Of a stretch of DNA of 64,000 nucleotides, positions 51,991-60,498 are shown piece after piece. Made by a program: the position numbers and the translations under genes. Every line of letters begins with the position of its first letter. Within the stretch, counting starts at the first letter, position 1. The stretch covers positions 2,873,367 to 2,937,366 of the forward strand of contig OY969706.1 in NCBI GenBank assembly GCA_963702095.1. The letters run 5' to 3'. The DNA is from Candidatus Bathyarchaeota archaeon. GTDB lineage: Archaea; Thermoproteota; Bathyarchaeia; Bathyarchaeales; Bathycorpusculaceae. The notes under the pieces are model-generated. The model was not told the origin of the DNA. It did no database searches and saw only the letters and a list, made by a program, of their open reading frames with translations.

Positions 51991-52266
51991 TTAAGGTATA
52001 ATATTCTTTGTGAATTTCCGCTCCAAGGCTAAAGCATAATCCCTGTCGAACTTGGATAACATGTCATCTAGCTCTTTTATGGAATGAGCCTCTTTGATGC
52101 CAAGCCTCAAATCAGGACTTGACAACACAGATCTAAAGCAGCAGGGCCATCGTATCTCATCATGCTCCTTAAGAGCTTTAATAACCTCGGCCTCGCCTAG
52201 ACTGTAGAATCGGCCACATAAGGGGCACTTGTAGTCGCTTAATTCTTCCACGTAAGGCTCATCCAT
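51991..52266 (-). CDS. Small Cys-containing hypothetical protein
   Basis: 91 aa, CPLC...CC. Confidence 0.55.
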   Translation of the reverse strand: MDEPYVEELSDYKCPLCGRFYSLGEAEVIKALKEHDEIRWPCCFRSVLSSPDLRLGIKEAHSIKELDDMLSKFDRDYALALERKFTKNIIP

Positions 52267-52698
52267 TGGCGTAGCTCCTAGTAGCCACTTGTTTTAGTCT
52301 CTATTTAACGATGCTATTCCCTTGTTGACTCGTATAATTATCGGTTCTTTTTGGAATTTCTAAAAATCGCTTCTTCGCTAAGAGAACCTGCTGGAAGCTA
52401 GACGTAATTGCGTAATTGTCTTGTTGTTGTAATAATGTAACGGCATCTGTTTTTGTATGATGTCATGAAAGTAGAATTAGCGGAATACGGTGGCTGATTT
52501 GGCTGATAGGGTTTGAAAGCCTGTCATATATTCTCCCCTCTCTCTTCCAATTTTCGGCTTTCTTTCCTTACCACACGGCTAGATCAGCTAACTCTATTTT
52601 TTATCTCATGTGTAAAGTATATTTACAGTTTTGCAAGCAGTAACGTGCTAAAAACTTTTAAATAAAAACGCTAATCAGTTAGCTATGTTGGCGATTGG

Positions 52699-53118
52699 AT
52701 GGTTAATCTGCAAGAGTTCGCTAAAGACTTGAGAAACTACTTTATTTGCTGTCCTGTTTGCTTTTCTTCAGCCAAGGGAACATTCTCGGCACACATTACA
52801 AATGGCGAGCAAGACACGCTAACCTGCAAAATGTGCGGAGCAAAATGGAACCTCTATATTGTGCCATTACGTGGCTTAGAATGGGCTGAACTCATATCTA
52901 CGGCAGAAGATGGCAAAGGCATTGAGCTTCTCGGAAAACGCTTAACTAAAAAACAAATCCGCTCAATGACTCAAGACGATTTTGACGAACATGAAAAGGC
53001 GGTTACAAAGGAAATAATCAGAGAAAAAGAGGTTATTACAAGAGTCGTTTGTCCATATTTCCACTCACCATTCGACGAAACCTTAGAAAAATGCCCCACC
53101 TGTGGAGCGAAGAACTAA
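52699..53118 (+). CDS. Zinc-ribbon hypothetical protein
   Basis: CPVC...CKMC; C-terminal KEIIREKEVI.RV.C...CPTCGA. Confidence 0.7.
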   Translation: MVNLQEFAKDLRNYFICCPVCFSSAKGTFSAHITNGEQDTLTCKMCGAKWNLYIVPLRGLEWAELISTAEDGKGIELLGKRLTKKQIRSMTQDDFDEHEKAVTKEIIREKEVITRVVCPYFHSPFDETLEKCPTCGAKN

Positions 53119-53166
53119 TTATCCACCTATGTCAGCGGCTATTAAACCAGTCTTCTTATGGATTAG

Positions 53167-53488
53167 AATATCTACGAGGATCTTCGGTTAGTTAGCGCCG
53201 AGTATACAGTGGATGGGGAAACTCAGGAGCTTTCAATTAAGTTGGAGCTCGGTAGAGAGGCGCCAATGCTGGCGGATTATATGTATGCACTGCGTTCGAA
53301 GGTAGAAAAGGTTAACAGAGTTAAGGCCGCCAATTGATGCGGGTGTTAATGATTCGCCTAAAGCAATGTGCTTAAAAAAAGCTTTGGTTAATGGTGGGTA
53401 CTTTTTGGGTTTAGCTCTTGGCGCCATTAAGCAACTGAATGCAAGAGTTGAGGCGTTAGAAAAAGAGTTAAAGAAAATGTGCTCCTGA
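53167..53488 (+). pseudogene. Two fragments resembling C-termini of virion tail/tail-fibre genes
   Basis: 53167-53337 EYTVDGETQELSIKLELGREAPMLADYMYALRSK; 53333-53488 LGLALGAIKQLNARVEALEKEL (S74 chaperone-like coiled coil). Confidence 0.45.
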
Positions 53489-53547
53489 TATTGATTAACC
53501 GCTCGGATCGGTAATCTTGGGCTTGAATGCGAGCTTACCAATGTGCT

Positions 53548-53976
53548 TTATCTACGAAGTTGATTGATTCTTATACTGGTCCTTGTCTCGAGGGATTTCT
53601 TAATCTTCATTACTAATTTGTCAACCTCTGTCAACTCATGTTCCCAAAATCGAATTACCATCCAGCCTTCAGATTCTAATTCCTTAGTTTTCGCTTTATC
53701 TCTTAGTTGGTTTTTCTCTAATTTAGCCTTCCAGTAAGGTTCGTTAGTTCCAATCTTATGAGAATGCATCGGGCAAACATGCCAGAAACAGCCATCTACA
53801 AAGACTGCTATTTTCTTTTCAGTAAAAGCAATGTCAATTTTCTCCGAACCATAATTTGTCTCGAAATTAAACCCTTGGGCGTGTAAGGCATCCCTTAAGA
53901 TTATTTCTGGCTTAGTATCTTTTGAGTGAATGGACGACATTACTTTGGAACGTTTTTCTTTCGAAAGATTATCCAA
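53548..53976 (-). CDS. vsr: Very-short-patch repair endonuclease
   Basis: D.LSKEKRSKVMSSI.SKDTKPE, FVDGCFWH, YW..KL..N..RD, RFWEH. Confidence 0.95.
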   Translation of the reverse strand: MDNLSKEKRSKVMSSIHSKDTKPEIILRDALHAQGFNFETNYGSEKIDIAFTEKKIAVFVDGCFWHVCPMHSHKIGTNEPYWKAKLEKNQLRDKAKTKELESEGWMVIRFWEHELTEVDKLVMKIKKSLETRTSIRINQLRR

Positions 53977-54085
53977 GCTAATCGATGCTACTAAGGTGTT
54001 TCCAGTGTATTAGTATTCTCTGGAATTTTTAGCATTATCCAATCGTTCATAAATCTTATGTAGAAGAAAGTATTAATAACCCAGC

Positions 54086-55303
54086 ATGCAAGCCAACAAT
54101 CGTCCAGCTTACTACATAGACCTCTTTGCCGGGTGCGGAGGTATTTCACTTGGCTTATATAATTCGGGTTGGCGAGGGCTTTTTGCAATAGAAAAGAGCC
54201 CCATGGCATTTTCGACATTAAAACATAATTTAATAGACAAAAAAAACCATTTTGATTGGCCCTCTTGGTTGCCTCTAACCGCTCATGACATTACGGAAGT
54301 CCTTGAAAAATACAGCAAAGAATTATCAAATTTGAGAGGAAACGTGGACTTAGTTGTCGGAGGACCGCCTTGTCAAGGCTTTTCGCTTGCAGGGCGGAGG
54401 GATGAGAACGATAAACGTAACCGACTAGCCGAATCATACGTGAAGTTCGTTGCACTCGTTAAGCCCAAAATGCTATTTTTTGAAAATGTTACTGGGTTCA
54501 CGATTGGTTTTAAGAATAATCACGGAAGAGGAAAAGGTTATTCTGAGCGAGTTGAACAAAAACTAGATTCAATAGGCTACAACGTTAAGCATTGCATAAT
54601 AGATTTTTCAGAGTACGGAATACCGCAAAGAAGAAAACGATTTATACTTATTGGTGTCCAGAAGGAATTAAGCGATCTGTCACCTGAAGATTTTTTCAAC
54701 GCTATAGCGAAAGAAAGAGACCCGTTCTTAGCTAGAAAAGGTCTGATGCAAACTGTCTCACTATACGAAGCGCTTTCAGACCTTGAGCGAAAAAATGGTG
54801 AAAGACCTTGCTTAGAAAGTATGCACTTCAAACAAGGCGATTATGGAGAGGCATTAAGTAATTATCAAAAACTAATGCGTCATGAGCTGCAATCAAAATT
54901 ACCTGACAGCCACAGATTCGCAAGACATAACAAAAAAACTATCGCCCGTTGGACAGATGTTCTCGCTAATTGCCCCAAGGACGTTTTGTTGTCGCCGGAA
55001 TGGAAAGAAAAGTTCGGTCTGAAAAAGAAGAGTATAACCCCACTTGAATGTAAATCAACGTGCCCTACGCTAACAACATTACCGGACGATTATATTCATT
55101 ATTCAGAACCAAGAATTTTAACAGTCCGAGAATACGCAAGAATACAATCATTCCCAGACTGGTTTGAGTTCAAAGATAAGTACACAACCGGCGGTAGGAG
55201 ACGGAAAGTTGATGTTCCCAGATATACTCAAGTTGGTAACGCAGTTCCACCACTTTTTGCTGAACTTTGCGGTAAAGTTTTGGAGAATATATTAATTGAC
55301 TGA
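54086..55303 (+). CDS. dcm: DNA cytosine-5 methyltransferase
   Basis: DLFAGCGG, GGPPCQGFS, ENV, PQRRKR, TVREYARIQSFPD, GNAVPP. Confidence 0.96.
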   Translation: MQANNRPAYYIDLFAGCGGISLGLYNSGWRGLFAIEKSPMAFSTLKHNLIDKKNHFDWPSWLPLTAHDITEVLEKYSKELSNLRGNVDLVVGGPPCQGFSLAGRRDENDKRNRLAESYVKFVALVKPKMLFFENVTGFTIGFKNNHGRGKGYSERVEQKLDSIGYNVKHCIIDFSEYGIPQRRKRFILIGVQKELSDLSPEDFFNAIAKERDPFLARKGLMQTVSLYEALSDLERKNGERPCLESMHFKQGDYGEALSNYQKLMRHELQSKLPDSHRFARHNKKTIARWTDVLANCPKDVLLSPEWKEKFGLKKKSITPLECKSTCPTLTTLPDDYIHYSEPRILTVREYARIQSFPDWFEFKDKYTTGGRRRKVDVPRYTQVGNAVPPLFAELCGKVLENILID

Positions 55304-57581
55304 AGGAAAATTACAATTTAGAGTGAGTTCAGAGCTTAAAAATATCATTGGTAGAGACCTTATCACCGATGATTTTATCGCTATCTATGAGCTTGTTAAG
55401 AATTCATACGATGCAAACGCAAGTTCGGTCGAAATTATTTTTAAGCGGGTTAAAACAAACGAAAAAAATGCGAAGATTTTTATCAAAGATGATGGGGATG
55501 GCATGTCATATACCGATCTCCTTGAAAAATGGTTATTAGTAGGGTATTCAAGGAAACGGGAAAACGAAAAAGAACTTGATTCATCTGATTATCGGGATAG
55601 AATTACTAAAAAACGAGCGTTGGCAGGAGCCAAAGGTATCGGTCGGTTTTCGTGTGATAGGCTTGGAACAAAGTTAGCGCTTTACACCAAACCGGCAGAT
55701 GAAACTTGCTTTAACTGCGTAAAAATGGACTGGGACAAATTTGAGCAAGACCCCACAAAGGAATTCCAGACTGTTGATGTAGACTATCAGCAAAAAAAAG
55801 AATTGAGCATTGAAATAGAAATAACTAAATTTAAAAAGGGAACTATTCTTGAGATTTCCTGCCTTAGAGAGCTTTGGGACAGAGACAAACTAATTAAACT
55901 TAAGACTCATCTCCAGCGCTTGATAAATCCCGAAGCTATCGATGAAAAGAATGGGTTCAAAATCATCATAACTGCAGATGAATTCCTGAGTGACGACGCC
56001 AAGTATACTCAATACTTCGACTTAGTTAATGGTGAAATAAAAAATATTTTGTTCGAGAAACTTGGGATAAAAACTACGCATATGAAGTGTACAATAGATG
56101 AAAAAGGAGAAAAAATAGAAACCGAACTTACTGATAAGGGCATTTTTATCTATCGAATAATTGAGGATAATAAATACAGACTTTTGCATAATGTAACGAT
56201 TAATCTATTTTACTTGAACGTTCAGGCTAAGAGCGCTTTCACGAAAGCGATGGGAATAGAACCAGTAAACTATGGCTCAGTGTTCTTTTACAAAAACGGT
56301 ATAAAGATCAATCCTTGTGGAAATGTTGGCGATGATTGGCTAGGTCTAGACAAACGTAAGACACAGGGGACAAGGCGAAATTTCGGAAACAGAGAAGTCA
56401 TGGGACGTATTGAAGTGAAGGGCTATCAACCCAACTTTAGAGAAGTCTCAAGTCGAGACGGCGGAGTTGTGAGAACTCTTGAAGCCATCCAACTTAACGA
56501 GTTCTTTAAAGAAAAAGCGCTCATTAGACTTGAAAAGTACGTTGTTGAGGGAATTAGCTGGGATTCTGAAAATAACCCAAAGAGTTCTGAAGACATTAAA
56601 ACCGATACGTTTAAACTAGTGACAAAATTAGTTGAAGGAACTGGAAGCAGCGGGCAGAGTATCTCCTTCAACAAGAACTTGCTTGAAATATATTCACAAA
56701 AGCAAATTGAACGAACACCTGAGATTGTAAAAAATATAGAAACATTAAAGGCTTTTATTAAGTCTGAAGAAGCTCAGGACTTCCTTGACTTACAAGCAAA
56801 GAACGCCTTATCTTCTTTCAGGGCCCTTAAGAGAAAACAACAAGACCTCGAAAGAGAGCTTAGACTAAAAGAAGACCAATCCCTTTTCTTGGAGAAAGTG
56901 GCTGGTGAAGATAAGAAAGAGATTCTTGCAGTGGAACATCAAATCGGTCTTGGTGCATTGCTTATTAGAAAATATCTCTTACCGCTTAGGGGCAGAATAG
57001 TAAGGGGCGAACAGATTCCTAAAGATGATTTATTGATGCGTGTAGAAAGTGTCCTGCTTCAAACACAAATTATGGCTGCCATGTCAAAATCACAATTTAT
57101 ATCAAAAGCAAAGTTTAAACTTACGTCAGAAGAATTAAACGATAACATAGCTTTGTACATTCAACAGTATATCGAAAGGGTGTATATACCCTTTAACAAC
57201 AAAGACCTCGATGAAAAAAGTGTTACTATCAAGGTAAATAGACCTTCTAACGTTAATTTTGTTCGGATTTTCGATCCAATGAAGATTGTTGTTGTTATTG
57301 ATAATCTTATTAGTAACTCGGTTAAAGCAAACAGCAAGAATATTGAAGTGAGTATGTTCTTGCCTGATGAGCATTCTTTGCAAATTACCTTCAAAGATGA
57401 TGGGAAAGGCATTCCTGATTCCGACATGAAAGATATTTTCAAATTTGGGTTTACAACAAGCGGTGGAACAGGCATTGGTTTGTATCATATTAAGAAGATT
57501 ATGGACGAATACGGCTCTATAATAGTAAACAATCAGGTAAAAGAAGGGGTTGAATTTACTCTTAAGGTGAATAAGACTTGA
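55296..57581 (+). CDS. MORC-like GHKL ATPase fused to a histidine kinase
   Basis: N-terminal ELVKNSYDA, DDGDGM, GAKGIGRFS, GT; C-terminal H-box EHQI, N-box DNLISNS, DDGKGI, GGTGIGL. Confidence 0.88.
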   Translation: MTEGKLQFRVSSELKNIIGRDLITDDFIAIYELVKNSYDANASSVEIIFKRVKTNEKNAKIFIKDDGDGMSYTDLLEKWLLVGYSRKRENEKELDSSDYRDRITKKRALAGAKGIGRFSCDRLGTKLALYTKPADETCFNCVKMDWDKFEQDPTKEFQTVDVDYQQKKELSIEIEITKFKKGTILEISCLRELWDRDKLIKLKTHLQRLINPEAIDEKNGFKIIITADEFLSDDAKYTQYFDLVNGEIKNILFEKLGIKTTHMKCTIDEKGEKIETELTDKGIFIYRIIEDNKYRLLHNVTINLFYLNVQAKSAFTKAMGIEPVNYGSVFFYKNGIKINPCGNVGDDWLGLDKRKTQGTRRNFGNREVMGRIEVKGYQPNFREVSSRDGGVVRTLEAIQLNEFFKEKALIRLEKYVVEGISWDSENNPKSSEDIKTDTFKLVTKLVEGTGSSGQSISFNKNLLEIYSQKQIERTPEIVKNIETLKAFIKSEEAQDFLDLQAKNALSSFRALKRKQQDLERELRLKEDQSLFLEKVAGEDKKEILAVEHQIGLGALLIRKYLLPLRGRIVRGEQIPKDDLLMRVESVLLQTQIMAAMSKSQFISKAKFKLTSEELNDNIALYIQQYIERVYIPFNNKDLDEKSVTIKVNRPSNVNFVRIFDPMKIVVVIDNLISNSVKANSKNIEVSMFLPDEHSLQITFKDDGKGIPDSDMKDIFKFGFTTSGGTGIGLYHIKKIMDEYGSIIVNNQVKEGVEFTLKVNKT

Positions 57582-58462
57582 TATTCGAATACATTATACT
57601 TTGGTTTGAAAACAATGACCAATTCTATGACCTTTCAAAACCAAGCATAGAAAGTATTCTTACAAAATTAGGGTTTAATCCAGTCTTTATCCATGAAAAA
57701 GATAGCGCGCATCTGACAGACTTAATTGCCCGAAAAGATTTTGACCTTGTTTTAATGGATCAAAATTTACGTTTCAAGGTGTGCGGAGATGATGTCGTCA
57801 GAACATTTAGAGGTAACGGTATTTTTACCAACATTGTTATGTATTCTCAATATCGAGATTATGAGGATAAATTGAAGGGAAGGCTAGACGGGGTTTATTT
57901 CACTGATAGAGAACATTTAGAGGAAAAAGCAAATAACGTAATAAATGAGACCCTTAGAAGAGATTTAGATATTAGCAATATTCGAGGATCTTTTATCGCG
58001 GAAACCATTTATGCAGCAAGCCAGATGGAAGAAGTTATTGCTAAAATGCTAAAGCTCAAAGACCCTGAATTATCTTTCCTTATTGATCAAATGCAGGACG
58101 AGCATTTTAATGATATATTAAAGTACAAAATAATTAGGCGTTTCTTGGGTGACGAAATCAAAGTAGCGAACGTTAATATCGCTTCAGCAGGGAAAAAACC
58201 TGACCCTGCGTTAGTGGCAAGAAGAGATAAGTTAAAAGAAATCAACGATGTTTTTGGCAAGTTTCAAACAGAGATTATTGAATTTAGAAATACGTTAGCC
58301 CATGCAAAGAAATGCGAGGGGAAGAAAAACGTGCTTATGGTTAAAAATGATAACAATCATAAGCTCAAGGAACAACCTTTTGATGCTGATTATTGTACTG
58401 GGGTTAGGACTCTGTTTAAAAAGCACTCAAAGGCATTGGAGGATTTATCTGCGCTATTATGA
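57578..58462 (+). CDS. Receiver (REC) domain protein with C-terminal HEPN-like domain
   Basis: ILWFEN, FDLVLMD (phospho-Asp), MYS; C-terminal RNTLAH (RxxxxH). Confidence 0.7.
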   Translation: MIFEYIILWFENNDQFYDLSKPSIESILTKLGFNPVFIHEKDSAHLTDLIARKDFDLVLMDQNLRFKVCGDDVVRTFRGNGIFTNIVMYSQYRDYEDKLKGRLDGVYFTDREHLEEKANNVINETLRRDLDISNIRGSFIAETIYAASQMEEVIAKMLKLKDPELSFLIDQMQDEHFNDILKYKIIRRFLGDEIKVANVNIASAGKKPDPALVARRDKLKEINDVFGKFQTEIIEFRNTLAHAKKCEGKKNVLMVKNDNNHKLKEQPFDADYCTGVRTLFKKHSKALEDLSALL

Positions 58463-58696
58463 TTAATTCACGACGGTTTATAAGGCTAAAATCTCGAAAA
58501 TACCGATTTCGCAACGCGTTGATTGCCTGTGGCCTAACCTGCATTCATGGGGTAAATTTAAGGGGTTTCTACCATAAGCAATGCCTGTATTGTTGAGGAG
58601 GACCAAGCACTTGATTGCCTCCCCCAAGTTTTGTAGTCATTGATTATTAGGAAAGTCTTTTTTCTTATCGGCTTAAACATAAAGGGAGGGGTCACT

Positions 58697-59401
58697 CTGG
58701 AAAAGAAAGATGTAATATCTGAAGTATTAGGGGCAACTGGATTCGCCTTAGATGAGGCTATGCTTATCAAGAATCAAACTGTTTTTTCCGATGACGAAAT
58801 TAAGGATAATTGCGCAATGTGCGGCACAGAACTCCAAGACCTTTATAATCGTGGCACAAGCATTTTTGATCTGCTTGTTCTTCAATGTCCCAAATGCAGC
58901 GCAGTCTATGCCTATTTAATTGATGAAAGCAGAGAAGACCTAGGTTGGCATGATGATATTATTGAACCGATGAATGACCATTCAGCGCCACTAAAAAAAA
59001 CCTGCATAAAAATCAAGGGCGTCAAGAAAAGAACACTTCCAAAGAAATGCGCCACGGCTTACTCAAAAAGTGTCAAAGCCCAAGAGCAAAGAACCCAAGA
59101 GATTGACCAGTTAATCCAAAGCAAACTACCCGAACTCTACAAGGCTGGCTTGAGTCTTGCTACCATAAACTTCGCAAGGTCAGAAGCGATAAGAAGAATA
59201 AACCGCGCCCAAACAACAAGGAAAAGAACAACATTGCTTGCAGCAGTCATCTACGTTAAAGCCAACGGAATAACTACAGATAGAGGATTATGGGCGCATA
59301 AGGGCGAAGGCATAACAGAAAGGCAACTTGAGAGCATATTTGGCGTTTCTAGAAAGACAATAAGAAAATGGGTGCAAATTCTCCAGAAACATAATTGTTA
59401 G
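58697..59401 (+). CDS. Zn-ribbon plus TFB-like cyclin/HTH protein (probable CTG start)
   Basis: SD GGAGGGG before in-frame CTG 58697; CAMC...CPKC; LLAAVIY...ITERQLESIFGVSRKTIRKW. Confidence 0.6.
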   Translation: MEKKDVISEVLGATGFALDEAMLIKNQTVFSDDEIKDNCAMCGTELQDLYNRGTSIFDLLVLQCPKCSAVYAYLIDESREDLGWHDDIIEPMNDHSAPLKKTCIKIKGVKKRTLPKKCATAYSKSVKAQEQRTQEIDQLIQSKLPELYKAGLSLATINFARSEAIRRINRAQTTRKRTTLLAAVIYVKANGITTDRGLWAHKGEGITERQLESIFGVSRKTIRKWVQILQKHNC

Positions 59402-59418
59402 AAAGCGTCAAAGCGGGT

Positions 59419-60102
59419 TTAACTGTCAGATTGTTCAATTCGACTCTTTAGTTGTCTGTAATTTTCTAAATCATCTTCACGAAACTTTATGTCTTCATTT
59501 AACAGGGCAAGAAGTATCTTCTTTATACGCGGGTAATTGCCAACTATGGATAAAATCGTTGCAGCCGAATGTGGAAAAATCATCATAGCCGATATAGTCG
59601 CTTCAAAAAACGTCTCGTCGATAATGTCAATAGGGCCAAAATCAAAGGCTAAACCCATAAAAGAGCCTGTAGGTTTGAAAGTTAAATTGTAGCCGATCTG
59701 TGAATTTACCTGCTCTTCGGTTTTTTTATCATTGAGATCACCTATGAATTTCATCCATTCAAGTACATGGGGGTTAAGAAGATGCTGCCATTTTTCAACT
59801 ATGACAATTTTCTCTTTCCAAGTTGGCAGATCAAAGATCGTTTGGTAAATACCTTTTGCTGTAAGACCGTATATAGTGGTCAATGCCCTCTTGACGTTTT
59901 TAGTTCGGGATTTAAGTCTTATGAATCCTTCTGTTTGTAAGGATTGTATTGAGACATGGGTCGTTGAATAAGTTATTTCACATTCTTCAGAAATCGAATA
60001 AATGTTTGAATTGCCGGTTTGGGCGATATAGTGAAGGATTTCTTTCTTTTTTGGGGCAAGTTGTGGAACGTTGTTGTCCTTATTCCTAACGGTTTGTCGC
60101 AT
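59419..60102 (-). CDS. Winged-helix regulator of the element
   Basis: NIYSISEE...YSTTHVSIQSLQTEGFI...YGLTAKG; likely start ATG 60102. Confidence 0.75.
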   Translation of the reverse strand: MRQTVRNKDNNVPQLAPKKKEILHYIAQTGNSNIYSISEECEITYSTTHVSIQSLQTEGFIRLKSRTKNVKRALTTIYGLTAKGIYQTIFDLPTWKEKIVIVEKWQHLLNPHVLEWMKFIGDLNDKKTEEQVNSQIGYNLTFKPTGSFMGLAFDFGPIDIIDETFFEATISAMMIFPHSAATILSIVGNYPRIKKILLALLNEDIKFREDDLENYRQLKSRIEQSDS

Positions 60103-60143
60103 ACTATCATACCCAGTACTATCAGTATTGATAGATACTATCA
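60102..60143. promoter_or_regulatory. Putative operator repeats between divergent genes
   Basis: TACTATCA at 60102, 60117, 60136; inverted CTATCA-N4-TGATAG 60119-60134; TATATAAG at 60155. Confidence 0.55.
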
Positions 60144-60273
60144 TGCTATATTGGTATATAAGAGTTCAAGCGATAATAAGACTGGATAGAAATCAGTCGC
60201 CATTGACTAAAGATCGCAACCCCTGAGTCTCCCTTCCTAATAACAAGAAGCTTAAGAAAAGGTGTAAGAAAAG

Positions 60274-60498
60274 ATGGCTATTCCCTCGTCTAAAAAGACT
60301 CCTATAATAGAACTAATCGACAGTCTGCAGAAAATCTCAGTGACACATGGGTTAGTGCTAAGAGGGCCGCAGGTTGACTTTTTGCGTCTTCTAAGAACCC
60401 TCGAGCAAGAGCTCCCTGACCTTTATGTCGTCTACCAGACAAGCAGTACAGGGCGTCTCTGGATTAAACGCGGCGAAGAACCGGAGGCTGGGCAATGA
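60274..60498 (+). CDS. Small hypothetical protein
   Basis: SD AGGTG; 4-nt overlap with the helicase-like gene. Confidence 0.65.
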   Translation: MAIPSSKKTPIIELIDSLQKISVTHGLVLRGPQVDFLRLLRTLEQELPDLYVVYQTSSTGRLWIKRGEEPEAGQ

